Below, one piece after another: positions 10,505 through 20,784 of a stretch of 58,883 nucleotides of DNA. The notes below the pieces were generated by a model. It worked only from the letters and a program-made list of their open reading frames with translations. It searched no databases and was not told the DNA's origin. The DNA lies in contig JAQCIU010000020.1 of NCBI GenBank assembly GCA_027593235.1, positions 1 through 58,883 on the forward strand, written 5' to 3'. The stretch is from Chloroflexota bacterium (GTDB lineage Bacteria; Chloroflexota; Dehalococcoidia; UBA2979). Each line of letters begins with the position of its first letter. Within the stretch, counting starts at the first letter, position 1. Both the position numbers and the translations under genes were made by a program.

Positions 10505-13027
10505 TTACGGCCAGCTCAGGATCTCGTCCGGGTACCGCGTCCCGACGATTCCCTTCGCCTCCAATGCCGCGAGTTCGTCCCGGCTGCAGCCCAGCAGGTC
10601 GAGGTAGATCTCCTCGTTGTGCTGCCCCAGCGTCGGCGGTGGCGTCCGCACGCTGTTCGGCGTGCGGGCCATGTTGATGGTGAAGCCCGGATAGCGATGC
10701 GTCCCCACGCCGGGCATCGTGATCTCCTGGAAGAATCCGCGCGCTTGGAGCTGTGGGTCCTCGAGCGCATCGAGGGCATCCTCGACAGGCGTCGCCACGA
10801 CGCCGGCGCGTTGGAGCGCGTGAAACAGTTCGACCTTGTCCCATGCCGGGGTGATCGCGGCGAGGACGGCGTCCAGCTCAACGCGATGGTCGCGCCTGGC
10901 GCTCGCGGTGGCGAACCGCGCATCCGAGGCGAGTGCCGGGTTCCCGAGGACAGTCGCGAGCGCAGCGAACTCGTCGTCGGTTCCCACATCGATCGCGATC
11001 CACTGGTCATCACCCCGCACCGGGTAGACGTTGTGCGGGGCATGCCAGCGGTGGCGGTTCGCCTGCGGCGGCGTGTCGCGGCCATTCATCGTGTAGTCGA
11101 AGATGAACTCCCCGAACGTCGGGATGAAGCCCTCGGTCAGCGGCAATTCGATGAGCTGACCTTCGCCCGTCCGCTCTCGATGTCGGAGCGCCATCGCGAT
11201 CGCGACGGCACCCTGCACGCCGGAGATGCCGTCGCTCGCAAGCGTCTCGCCGATGAACTCCGGGCCAACATCCTCGTAGCCTCGCAGGTGGGTGTGGCCG
11301 ACCATCGCCTCAACGTGCAGGCCAAACGCGCGGTAGTTCCGGTAGTCGCCATCGAGCGAGAACGCGGGCATGCGCAGCATGATCAATCGCGGGTTGACCG
11401 CCCGCAGCTCGTCCCAACCGATCCGCGCCTTGTCGATCGTCTCGGGGACGTTGTTCTCGACGAAGATGTCGCTCTTCGCGATCAGCCGCAGAAACGCCTC
11501 GCGCCCTTCGGCGGACATCACATTGCAGGCCATCGACTTCTTGTTCCGCGCGTGCGAGTTAAACGCGGACGCTCGGTTCCAGGGATCCGCTCCGTGTTCC
11601 ATGTCTGGATAGGGCGGCTGCAGCCCTTGCGCCGCCAGTGCCTCCGCCTGCGCCTTCGAGATGATGGTCTCGGCGCCTCGGGTGTTCGGTTGGATGCGGT
11701 CGATCGGCTCCACGCGGATCACCTCGGCGCCCCACTCGGCGAGGAGCTGCGTGACGTGCGGGCCCGCCCAGACGACCGTGATGTCGGTGACGCGCAGCCC
11801 CTCGAGCGGCAGCCGCGGCAGCTCGCCCGAGGCGCCGATCGGCGCGGTCGGCGTGCCACGTGCTCCCCACGGAACATCGAGGTCCGCGTCATGCTCGCCG
11901 AGCAGCGGCGCGCGCCGCGCCGCCGCGCGAGGTGAAGCGGACATCAGGAACGGCCGCCCCGGATAGAGCAGCGGTCCGGTCTCCGGGTGATCGATCTCCT
12001 CCCAGTAGCCACGATGCCGGTAGTGATCGTCAGCGAAGAGATCGGCGACGGTCATCACCGCGCCGGCGAGCAGACCGGCCGCCTGTGCCTCCCGCACGAC
12101 CTGAAGCTTGGGCGTCCTCGCGAGGTACTCCGCGTACGAGCCCTCGACCTGATCGAACAACTCCCGCGGCACCGATGCCGGCGACGCACCGATGTTCGGG
12201 TGATCAAGCAGGTCCTCGCGTCCGATCAGCTTGAGGAACTTCGGGAGCCGGGGATTCGCGCCGGTGACGTTCACGTACCCATCGAGGCACGGTCGGATTC
12301 CCGCCGCCATTCGTCGCGTCGCCCCGGTCGCCCGCTTCGGCGACACCCCGGAATAGGCGGCGCCGGTCAGGTGAATCACTCGCCGATCGCGACAACCCGC
12401 CTGGCAGTCGTGGATCGACAGATCCACATAGTCGCCGCCACCGGGAGCGCCAGACTCCACGCGGCGTCGGATCAGCAGCGCGGCAAGGGCTGCGGTCAGG
12501 CCGGCGTGGTACTGGGCGTAGTGACCGGCCAGCTTGAGCGGCTCGCGATCGCGGTTCCCGGTCTGGTGCAGCGGTCCCCCGATCGCCTGGAGGGTGAGTT
12601 CGGATCCGCGGTAGTCCCGATACGGTCCCGTCTGCCCGAACGGCGTGATCGAGACCACGGCGAGCTGCGGGTTCTCATCGGCGAGCGCCTGCGGATCCCA
12701 TCCCCACGAGGCCGCCTCGCCCGGTGCGTAGTCCTCGAGGACTATGTCGGCCTCCGCCGCGAGACGGCGGATCGTGGCGGCGCCGTCGGCGGTGGTTGGA
12801 TCGACGATCGCCGAACGCTTGTTGGTGTTCAGGTGCAGGAAGAGCCCGGACCGCTCGAGGTGTGGTTCGTCACGCGGGAACGGCCCGAACTGTCGGGACG
12901 GATCTCCTCCGGGCGGCTCGAGCTTCAGGACGTCCGCGCCGTAGTCGGCCAGCAGCTTGCTGGCGAACGGACCAGCAACATCGCGGGTGAGGTCGAGTAC
13001 CCGGATGCCCTCGAGGGGTGCGCTCAT
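10505..13027 (-). CDS. Two-domain family III (CaiB/BaiF) CoA-transferase
   Basis: PLEGIRVLDL..LADYGADVLKLEPP..NTNKRS and second PLEGLRVTD..WAGP..RNKKS; APLLGEH/PPTLGQH. Confidence 0.92.
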   Translation of the reverse strand: MSAPLEGIRVLDLTRDVAGPFASKLLADYGADVLKLEPPGGDPSRQFGPFPRDEPHLERSGLFLHLNTNKRSAIVDPTTADGAATIRRLAAEADIVLEDYAPGEAASWGWDPQALADENPQLAVVSITPFGQTGPYRDYRGSELTLQAIGGPLHQTGNRDREPLKLAGHYAQYHAGLTAALAALLIRRRVESGAPGGGDYVDLSIHDCQAGCRDRRVIHLTGAAYSGVSPKRATGATRRMAAGIRPCLDGYVNVTGANPRLPKFLKLIGREDLLDHPNIGASPASVPRELFDQVEGSYAEYLARTPKLQVVREAQAAGLLAGAVMTVADLFADDHYRHRGYWEEIDHPETGPLLYPGRPFLMSASPRAAARRAPLLGEHDADLDVPWGARGTPTAPIGASGELPRLPLEGLRVTDITVVWAGPHVTQLLAEWGAEVIRVEPIDRIQPNTRGAETIISKAQAEALAAQGLQPPYPDMEHGADPWNRASAFNSHARNKKSMACNVMSAEGREAFLRLIAKSDIFVENNVPETIDKARIGWDELRAVNPRLIMLRMPAFSLDGDYRNYRAFGLHVEAMVGHTHLRGYEDVGPEFIGETLASDGISGVQGAVAIAMALRHRERTGEGQLIELPLTEGFIPTFGEFIFDYTMNGRDTPPQANRHRWHAPHNVYPVRGDDQWIAIDVGTDDEFAALATVLGNPALASDARFATASARRDHRVELDAVLAAITPAWDKVELFHALQRAGVVATPVEDALDALEDPQLQARGFFQEITMPGVGTHRYPGFTINMARTPNSVRTPPPTLGQHNEEIYLDLLGCSRDELAALEAKGIVGTRYPDEILSWP

Positions 13028-13202
13028 CTCCGCTCCGATCAGGCGCGGAGCGTACAGCACCTCCGCGTCGTCGGACCGATCCACAGCAGTCTCGCCGTCG
13101 CGGGGCAATCGCGGCTGCTGCTCGGTGGCTGCGCGCTGGCTGCGCAGGCGATCGTCCGACGTTACATTGCGGCGACCACGCGACACGATGGAGGAGACGC
13201 GG

Positions 13203-14225
13203 ATGCGGCTCGGACTGCTGGCCCGGATGGGCGACGACTGGCGCGAGATGCTGGAGAAGATCCAGATCGCGGAGGATCTGGGCTACGAACGCGTGTCGGC
13301 CGCAGAATCGTAGACGCCATCACCACTGCCGTGGCTGGGCGTAATCGCGTCGCACACCTCGAAGATCGAGCTGGGGACCTCGATCCTCAACTGCTTCTCA
13401 CGGACGCCGGCGACGCTGGCCCAGGAGTTCTCGACGCTGGACCAGATCTCCGAGGGACGCGCCGTCCTCGGACTGGGATCGTCGGGCGAGTTCGTGATCG
13501 AGCACTTCCACGGGCTGCCGTTTTCGAAGCCGCTGCGACGGCTCCGCGAGTACGTGGACATCTTCAACATGCTGATGTCTGGCGAGCCGCTCAACTACGA
13601 GGGTGAGATCTTCCAGATGGGCCGCGGCTTCCAGTTGCGGACCAACACCTTCCGGAAGCACGTCCCGGTCTACATCGCGGCGATCACGCCGCGGTCGATC
13701 CGCCAGACCGGCGAGATCGCCGACGGCATCATCCCGATCCACTGGCCGCAGCAGCACTTCGAGACGCTCCGCTCGCAGCTTGCCGAGGGCGCAGCGGTCG
13801 CCGGCCGTGACGTCAGCGCGCTGACAATCGCGGCGCAGGTGCACCTCCATGTGCTGGATGGGAGCAACGACGAGGAAGAGTGGCGGGCCGCGCGCCAGCC
13901 GCTGCAATACTACATCAACCGGATGGGCGTCTTCTACTGGCAGATGCTGAGCCGCAACGGCTTCGAGGCCGAGGTCGCGGCTTCGCGGGCGGCGTGGGCG
14001 GAGCGGGACGCCGAGGGTTCCTTCGCGGCGATCACCGACGAGATGGTTCGCGAGATCGAGGTGATTGGATCGCTCGAGGAGATCCACGAGCAGCTCCAAC
14101 ACCGATCGGAGCTGGGCGCCGATCTGCAGATGCTGCACATGCCAGAGGGATCGGTCGCCGACGTGGGCAAGACACTAGAGGCCTCGCCGTCGCGCTCGCG
14201 ACGTGCACCGAAGATCGTGTCGTAG
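13203..14225 (+). pseudogene. LLM class flavin(F420)-dependent oxidoreductase with in-frame TAG (13311-13313) and altered C-terminus
   Basis: AEDLGYERVSAAES*TPSPLPWLGVIASHTSKIELGTSILNCFSRTPATLAQEFSTLDQISEGRAVLGLGSSG; GGAGG RBS before 13203. Confidence 0.82.
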
Positions 14226-14374
14226 TTGTCGAAGCCCCAGCCCTCGCGCCGCTCCGGTTCACGGCCCATCCACGTGAGCCCGGAGCCCTCCGGATGACGC
14301 GCCGGCGTCGTGGCGCCCCACTGCGAAACCGCCGAGGTCGGTGCGCTGCATTCGAGGTCGATGACGCGGACCAT
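14180..14374 (-). pseudogene. N-terminal fragment of a truncated gene (amidohydrolase-like start)
   Basis: GAGGAGG RBS then MVRVIDLECSAPT...GWGFDNYDTIFG; runs directly into the antisense of the LLM gene. Confidence 0.5.
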
Positions 14375-14527
14375 GCGATGCCTCCTCGGTGGCGGTGCGT
14401 CGGGATTATCGCGCGTGAACCCGCGGAGCGCCGCCCGTCGCTTCGCGGCGTGGTTGCCGCGGCACCTCGCGAAGGTCATGCTGCGCGGGCCTCGACAGCC
14501 TCACCGTAACCTCCCGAGGAGTACCCG

Positions 14528-15724
14528 ATGACCACCTCGACGCCCGCGACAGCACACCTCCGGTTCGGCATCTTCCTCGCCCCGTTCCACCCGCTCGAAG
14601 AAGACCCGACGGCCGCGATCGATCGCGACCTGGAGCTGGTCGAGCACCTCGATCACCTGGGCTACGACGAGGCGTGGATCGGCGAACACCACTCGGGTGG
14701 CTACGAGATCATCGCGTCACCAGAGCTGTTCATCGCAGCGGCGGCCGGTCGGACGAAGCAGATCCGGCTCGGCACCGGGGTGATGTCGCTCCCGTACCAC
14801 CATCCGTTCATCGCGGCCGACCGCATGGTGCAGCTCGATCACATGACGCGCGGCCGCGCGATGTTCGGGGTCGGGCCGGGCGCCCTCGCCGGTGACGCGT
14901 ACCGGATGGGGATCGACCCGCGCGACCAGCGACGGATGATGAACGAGGCGATCGATGCGATCGTCCCGCTGCTCGACGGCGAAACCGTGACCATGAAGAC
15001 GGACTGGTTCGAGCTGCGCGATGCGCGGCTTCAACTGCCCTCGTACAGCCAGCCACGCATGGAGATGGCGGTCGCCTCCGCCGGATCGCCGGCGGGCGCG
15101 CTGGCCGCGGGCCGGCACGGCCTGGGGATGCTGTCGATCGGCGGCACCTCGGATGACGCGATGGCGCGCCACATCCACAACTGGGGCGTCTACGAGGAGG
15201 CGGCAGCCGAGCACGGGCAGGTCGCCAACCGCGCGGACTGGCGCCTCGTCAGCTTCGCCCACATCGCGGAGACGAGGGAGCAGGCGCGTGAGAACGTCCG
15301 CTTCGGCATCGAGCGGTGGGCGCAATACTTCCGAGACGTGGCGACGTTCCCCGTGGTCCCGCCGGAGATCGAAGACGCCGTCGAGTTCATGATCGACAAC
15401 CGGATGGCGGCGATCGGCACGCCCGACGACGCGATCGCGCACATCGAGAAGCTCCTCGATGGCACCGGCGGCTTCGGCGCCTTCATGGAACTCGCGCACA
15501 ACTGGGCCGACTTCGCCGCGACCAAGCGGCACTACGAGCTGATGGCGCGCTACGTCGTGCCGCACTTCAACCGCAAGAACGAGCTGCGCCGCGCGAGCTA
15601 CGACTACAGCCACGAGAACCGCGACGCGTTCATCGGGATGGCGGTCGAGGCGGTGCAGGCGGAGATCGATCGGCTGGCGGCAAGACGCGCTGCCGAGGCG
15701 GGAACGATCGCCGGAGCCGACTAG
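14528..15724 (+). CDS. LLM class flavin-dependent monooxygenase (limonene 1,2-monooxygenase-like)
   Basis: RFGIFLAPFH, GYDEAWIGEHHSGG, GTGVMSLPYHHP, LDHMTRGR. Confidence 0.92.
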   Translation: MTTSTPATAHLRFGIFLAPFHPLEEDPTAAIDRDLELVEHLDHLGYDEAWIGEHHSGGYEIIASPELFIAAAAGRTKQIRLGTGVMSLPYHHPFIAADRMVQLDHMTRGRAMFGVGPGALAGDAYRMGIDPRDQRRMMNEAIDAIVPLLDGETVTMKTDWFELRDARLQLPSYSQPRMEMAVASAGSPAGALAAGRHGLGMLSIGGTSDDAMARHIHNWGVYEEAAAEHGQVANRADWRLVSFAHIAETREQARENVRFGIERWAQYFRDVATFPVVPPEIEDAVEFMIDNRMAAIGTPDDAIAHIEKLLDGTGGFGAFMELAHNWADFAATKRHYELMARYVVPHFNRKNELRRASYDYSHENRDAFIGMAVEAVQAEIDRLAARRAAEAGTIAGAD

Positions 15725-15749
15725 CGCCCGGGCAACCCCCGGTACGCGA

Positions 15750-17024
15750 TCAGGTCAGCGCGGCGTCGAGCTTCTCTTCCATCACGCCGAGGTCGATGCG
15801 GTTCAGCAGGTTCGAGTAGGCCATCCAGGCGGCGAGCGCGCTGATGTCCGCGAAGTGCGGCGGCAGATGCGCCGGCGCGCTGACGATGCCCTCCTCGGCG
15901 AGGTGAGCGAGGATGCCAAGCTCGCTGACCGTCATCTTGCCCACGAAGAGCAGCGGCAGCCGTTCGAGCAGGCCGCGACGCACGGCGAGGCGAATCACGT
16001 CGTACACCTCGATGAAGCCACGGCTGTACACGAGGTCCTTCGTGAACGGCCCCCCGTCCGGCGTGCTCCCTCGAAAGACACGCACCGAGGATGCCCAGGC
16101 CGCGGAGCGGTCCATGCCTTGCTCCCCGAACCAGCGGTAGACATCGAGGAAGGTCGCACCGTCCTGAGCCATACCGATGGCGGTCATCCGGCGGGTGACT
16201 TTGCGCAGCCGCTCCGGCGTGGACGAGAGCGTGGTGACCTCGGTGAAAACAGCGAGCCCTTCCTGGGTGACGGTGGTCGACGGGGTGCCCTTCGAGAGGA
16301 AGGTGCAGATCTCCTGGCGTTGGCCGTTCAACGACGTCGCGACGTGGACCCAGCCCTCGTGGACCTCGAGCACCCGCAGGTCGCGGTCGCTGAACATCGC
16401 GTCCTCGCGAAGCTTGATGTACCCGGCGCCCGCCGCGGCGTCGGCGACGATGCCGTCATCGAGGATCACGCGCACCGTGTTGTCGCCGAAGGTCGGAGTC
16501 AGCCGCTGGCTCAAAATCTCGACGGCGTCCGGGGCGTTGTGGGACTGCTCTTCGGGCGGATCCCAGGTGCCGGCATCGATGCTGGCGAGGGCCTCGGTCA
16601 TCAGCTCGCCGAGGCTGGCAAGCGTCGGGCCACCGGCGTGCAGCGGGTCGGAGGGACTTCCGTAGAGTTCGCCGGCAATCGCGCTGAAGACGGGTGTCCC
16701 GCGTGCCTCGAGCATGTCGATCACGCGGATGTACTCGCGGACTCGACCGGTGAGCAACGTCGCGACCGGCGCCTCACCGAGGCGCTTGGCGATGCCGGAT
16801 TCGAGGCGACGGAACCCACCGCGCAGCTCGTCCGGATCGAAACCGAGGGGCCGCTTTGTGCGGTAGTACTCAGCGTCGACGGCGGGTTGGCGCGTGGCCC
16901 CGTGATCGAAGAAGCCGCGCGCGACCTCATCGGTCCAGGCGACGGCGTCGAGGACGCGGATCGGGCGCTGGAGTCCGACCAGCTCCTCGGAGAGTTCGCG
17001 GATTACGTCGTGTTCGTTCATCAA
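15750..17024 (-). CDS. QEGLA-motif metallopeptidase-like protein (DUF1704)
   Basis: VHEGWVHVATSLNG (HExxxH), TQEGLAVF, FTKDLVY. Confidence 0.88.
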   Translation of the reverse strand: MMNEHDVIRELSEELVGLQRPIRVLDAVAWTDEVARGFFDHGATRQPAVDAEYYRTKRPLGFDPDELRGGFRRLESGIAKRLGEAPVATLLTGRVREYIRVIDMLEARGTPVFSAIAGELYGSPSDPLHAGGPTLASLGELMTEALASIDAGTWDPPEEQSHNAPDAVEILSQRLTPTFGDNTVRVILDDGIVADAAAGAGYIKLREDAMFSDRDLRVLEVHEGWVHVATSLNGQRQEICTFLSKGTPSTTVTQEGLAVFTEVTTLSSTPERLRKVTRRMTAIGMAQDGATFLDVYRWFGEQGMDRSAAWASSVRVFRGSTPDGGPFTKDLVYSRGFIEVYDVIRLAVRRGLLERLPLLFVGKMTVSELGILAHLAEEGIVSAPAHLPPHFADISALAAWMAYSNLLNRIDLGVMEEKLDAALT

Positions 17025-17148
17025 CCGACCTCGGTGCGCACGCGGCGCAACTCCACTCTAGAGTGCGCGCGGCGGCGGGATCACGGCGTGGTGTCGTGGT
17101 ATCCCCTATCGGTGCACACCCGAGGCTGACTGGAACTGCGGAGGCGAC

Positions 17149-19677
17149 GTGGGCGTGTGGGCGGACGACGGTCTGCGTGTGGTCGAACTCGGCGAGGGCA
17201 TCGCCGCCGCCTTCGGCACGCGGCTGCTCGCGGATTACGGCGCGCAAGTAATTAAGGTGGAGCCGCCTCGAGGAGATGCGACGCGACGGAGCGGCCCCTT
17301 CGCCCGCGACGAACCCGATCCCGAGCGCAGCGGGATGTTCCTCTACCTCAACCACGGCAAGCGCGGCGTCACCCTCGACCTCGACACCTCCGAGGGCTGC
17401 GCACGCCTCGCGGCGCTAATCGCCGAGGCGGACGTGGTCCTCGAGAATGTCGGCGCCGGCGCGTGGGACACGCTGACAGCGCGGCTCGGCGATTTGCCGT
17501 CGCGGCTCGTGGTGTGCTCGGTCAGTCCGTACGGACAGGACGGGCCGAAGGCGGACCGGCTGGGCTCGGAGCTGAGCGCCTACGCCTCGAGCGGGATGAT
17601 GTACATGACCGGGCTGGCCGACCGGCCGCCGGTGAAGCAGGGGCTGCATCAGGTCGAGCACCTCGCCGGGGTAAACGCCGCCGCAGCCGTCTTGGCCGCC
17701 GCGATGCTCACGCGGCGCAGCGGGGTCGGACAGCGGATCGACGTCTCGCTGCAGGAGACTGTCGCCCTCACCGGCTTCCCGGCGCTCAACGTCTACACGC
17801 ACACCGGCGCCGTCGTGCAGCGCGCACCGTCGACGCTCGCGCAGCTCATGACCTCGCAGGCGATGCGCGCCCTCGACGGCTGGGTGATGCCCTCGGACGC
17901 CGGCATCGACGTCTGGTGGGACGCCTTCGCCGGCTACCTCGAGCGACCCGAACTCCTCGACCCGCCGTTCGACACCTCCGCCGGGCGACGCGCCCACCAC
18001 GAGGAACTCGACCGCATCACCGGCGAGGCCTTCGCCCTGCGGACGAAGGCGGACCTGTTCCACACCGGCCAGGCCTTCGGCCTGACCATGAGCGCGATCC
18101 AGACGCCCGAGGAAATCGCCGCCTGCCCTCACCTCGAGGAGCGCGGGTTCTTCGAGGTGGAGTCGCATCCGGTGGCGGGCGACGTGCGGATGCCGGGCGC
18201 GGTGCCACAGACCGGCGGCGCGGTCGACCGCGCGATCCGGCGCCCGGCGCCTCGGCTCGGCGAGCACAACGACGAGGTCTTCGCGAACCTCGGAAGCAGC
18301 GCCGAACGCCGACCGACGGCTCCGACCGACAGCGACCCACCGCTGCCACTCGAAGGCGTGCGCATCCTCGAACTCGGGATGGTGTTCGTCTTGCCGCTGG
18401 CAATCACCCCGCTGGCGGCCCTCGGCGCCGACGTGATCAAGGTGGAGGCGGAGTCGCGGCCGGACAGCGTCCGCTGGGGACCGCAGCCCGGGAACGAGCT
18501 GCACCCGCAGTATTACAACGTCGGTGGCAACCTCCATCACCTCAACCGCAACAAGCGCGGCATCGCGATCGACCTGCGCAACCCTCGAGGTCGGGAGCTG
18601 CTGCTGGAACTGGTCGCCGAAAGCGACGTGGTCGCGGAGAACTTCACGCCGCGCGTGATCGCCAACCTCGGGCTGAGCTATGAGGAACTGAAGGCGGTCA
18701 ACCCCAAGATCATCCTGCTGTCATCGAGCGGATTCGGACAGAGCGGCCCGTGGCAGAACTACAAGGCCTACGGCCCGATCACCGAGTCAGTCGACGGCCT
18801 GATGCACCTCACCGGCCACCCCGAACAGCCCCCCCTCCGAGGCGGTGCCGGCGGCTGGGGAACGGCGTTCACCGACGTCGCCGGCGCCTACTACGGCACC
18901 TACTCCATCCTTGCCGCGCTCGAACGCCGCGAGCGGACGGGCGAAGGCATGTGGCTCGACCTGTCGCACTACGAGGCAGGCGTCGCGACCGTGCCGGAAG
19001 CGATGCTGGAGTTCGAGCTGAACGGCCGCATCCTCGAACGAATCGGGAACCGCGATGCTGAGCGCTGCCCGCAGGGCGCGTACCCGTGTGCCGGCGACGA
19101 CAACTGGATCGCGATCTCCGTCGCCTCCGACGACCAGTTCACCTCGATGTCCCGCCTCCTCGGGATCGAAGCCGGCGCCTTCGCGACCACCTCGGACCGG
19201 CGGGCGCGCGAGGACGAACTCGACGCCGCGATCGGTGTGGCGACGCGCGGCTGGGACGCGCACGCCCTCGAGGATGCGCTGCAGGCCGCGGGCGTCGAAG
19301 CGACGGTCGTCGCCAGCCCGAAGGACGTCTGGCTCGACCCACAGCTCCGCCATCGCGGCTTCGCGCAGATGACCGAGGCGCCCTCGTACGCCCCGGAGAT
19401 CGGCCCGCGACCGTTCCCCCGCGCAGCCTGGCGAATGTCGGCGAGCCGGCCAAAGCCACGCCCGGCGCCCGCCTTCGGCGAGCACACGCGCGAGGTGCTG
19501 ACCGGCGTCCTCGGAAAGAGCGAAGCGGCGATCGACGAGCTATACGAAGCGGTCGTCATCGCGCGCGCACCGCGCGAGGGGCTGGTCAATCCTCGAAAGT
19601 TGGAGCTGGCGGAGGCGCTGGCCGACGGCCGGCTCCGCGAAATCGACACTGGCTACCGAGGGCGCTTCGACAGCTAG
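17149..19677 (+). CDS. Two-domain family III CoA-transferase
   Basis: LADYGAQVIKVEPP..NHGKRG; second domain LGADVIKVE..NRNKRG..FTDVAG; APRLGEH. Confidence 0.92.
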   Translation: MGVWADDGLRVVELGEGIAAAFGTRLLADYGAQVIKVEPPRGDATRRSGPFARDEPDPERSGMFLYLNHGKRGVTLDLDTSEGCARLAALIAEADVVLENVGAGAWDTLTARLGDLPSRLVVCSVSPYGQDGPKADRLGSELSAYASSGMMYMTGLADRPPVKQGLHQVEHLAGVNAAAAVLAAAMLTRRSGVGQRIDVSLQETVALTGFPALNVYTHTGAVVQRAPSTLAQLMTSQAMRALDGWVMPSDAGIDVWWDAFAGYLERPELLDPPFDTSAGRRAHHEELDRITGEAFALRTKADLFHTGQAFGLTMSAIQTPEEIAACPHLEERGFFEVESHPVAGDVRMPGAVPQTGGAVDRAIRRPAPRLGEHNDEVFANLGSSAERRPTAPTDSDPPLPLEGVRILELGMVFVLPLAITPLAALGADVIKVEAESRPDSVRWGPQPGNELHPQYYNVGGNLHHLNRNKRGIAIDLRNPRGRELLLELVAESDVVAENFTPRVIANLGLSYEELKAVNPKIILLSSSGFGQSGPWQNYKAYGPITESVDGLMHLTGHPEQPPLRGGAGGWGTAFTDVAGAYYGTYSILAALERRERTGEGMWLDLSHYEAGVATVPEAMLEFELNGRILERIGNRDAERCPQGAYPCAGDDNWIAISVASDDQFTSMSRLLGIEAGAFATTSDRRAREDELDAAIGVATRGWDAHALEDALQAAGVEATVVASPKDVWLDPQLRHRGFAQMTEAPSYAPEIGPRPFPRAAWRMSASRPKPRPAPAFGEHTREVLTGVLGKSEAAIDELYEAVVIARAPREGLVNPRKLELAEALADGRLREIDTGYRGRFDS

Positions 19678-20637
19678 TCGACCGGGCCAGCGATAGCTGC
19701 CTGGGTATCGGCGATAGCTGCCTAAGTACCGGCGATAGCTGCCTAAGTAAAGGTCGCCCAGCCCGCCGATGCGCCCGGGGGGGGTCCAGCTACCTTCATC
19801 GCGAAGGTCGCTCGGCGCGATACCGAACTCAGAACGGAACGCCTCCGCGAAGTGACTGTGCGTCGCGAAGCCAAGATCAAGCGCGAGGTTGCCGATGTGG
19901 CTCTCACCGTCGGCGAGGCGGCTGTAAGCGGTACGCAGCCGGAGCTGCCGCCGGTAACGGTGGATCGGGGAACCGGTGTGGCGACGGAAGACGCGACTGA
20001 GTTCGAAAGGCGACCAGCCAACCTCGGAAGCGACTTCGGTCAGCGGCAGGCGCTCGGAGATGCGGAGGGCGATCAGTTCCTTCACGGACTCGGTGAGTTC
20101 GTGATGCACCTGTTCGGTGGCGGCGCGGAGGATTCGGCTGGAGCGCCCCTGCGTCAGCGGGGTGTTCAACAGGCTGGTCGCGACACGCAACGCGTGCTCC
20201 TCGATGGCGAGCACGCGATCGGGGTCGCCGGGGTCCTCGGACATCTCGCGCAGCAACGCCCAGTGGTCGCGGTAGGCCAGGGCGCCAACAGTACGGACGG
20301 TCCACGGGATCTCCGGAACCTCGTCGCCCTCGGAGGTACCGGTGATTGCGCGGAGGCTCGCGTCCGGGACGCTGAAGACCGTGCAGGCTTCATTCTCGGG
20401 GCCAGGGTGGCGGGTCTCGAACTCCACACCGGGGCGCAGCAGCAGCACGCTGTTTGCATCCGCGATGTGCTCGCGACCACTTGCCTGGTAGCCGAAGAGG
20501 CCGCTGCGGACGAGGCAGAGTTGGACGCCGTCAACGACCGCCGGATGATCGTCGTGGCGACCGCCAGAACAGCGGTGGTCGCGGACGCCGATCGCCGCAC
20601 TGTCGAAGATCTCGCGGTCTCGTACTCGCGCTGGCAT
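19540..20637 (-). CDS. AraC family transcriptional regulator (C-terminus extended through repeat)
   Basis: SPFELSRVFRRHTG..LRLRTA..LALDLGFATHSHFAEAFRSEFGIAPS. Confidence 0.88.
   Translation of the reverse strand: MPARVRDREIFDSAAIGVRDHRCSGGRHDDHPAVVDGVQLCLVRSGLFGYQASGREHIADANSVLLLRPGVEFETRHPGPENEACTVFSVPDASLRAITGTSEGDEVPEIPWTVRTVGALAYRDHWALLREMSEDPGDPDRVLAIEEHALRVATSLLNTPLTQGRSSRILRAATEQVHHELTESVKELIALRISERLPLTEVASEVGWSPFELSRVFRRHTGSPIHRYRRQLRLRTAYSRLADGESHIGNLALDLGFATHSHFAEAFRSEFGIAPSDLRDEGSWTPPGRIGGLGDLYLGSYRRYLGSYRRYPGSYRWPGRLAVEAPSVASVDFAEPAVGQRLRQLQLSRIDQPLARCARDDDRFV
19690..19752. repeat. 21-bp tandem repeat x3
   Basis: GCGATAGCTGCCTGGGTATCG / GCGATAGCTGCCTAAGTACCG / GCGATAGCTGCCTAAGTAAAG. 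Confidence 0.9.
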
Positions 20638-20784
20638 CGCCTGCCCCTCGTCGTGAAGTCACAGTGTGACATGCGGCGAGGATCCGCGGGGTGTCGCGAT
20701 CTTGCTCAGAGGGCGCTCAGCTACTACCCCGCGTCCCCACCGGAGCCCCTGCGCGCAGCCAGAACGAAGTGACCTCGGTTCGCT

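Noticed and set aside
11987-13606. Long overlapping antisense/alternative-frame ORFs (this and many similar)
   Set aside because: Typical high-GC shadow ORFs opposite well-supported genes; Arg/Gly/Pro-rich with no motifs.
19690-19752. CRISPR array
   Set aside because: Units are contiguous 21-mers without unique spacers, and there are no cas genes.
20658-20670. Palindrome GTCACAGTGTGAC upstream of araC; also CCAACACGGTGTTGG at 53965-53979
   Set aside because: Single short dyads with no second occurrence seen; insufficient to assign a regulator.
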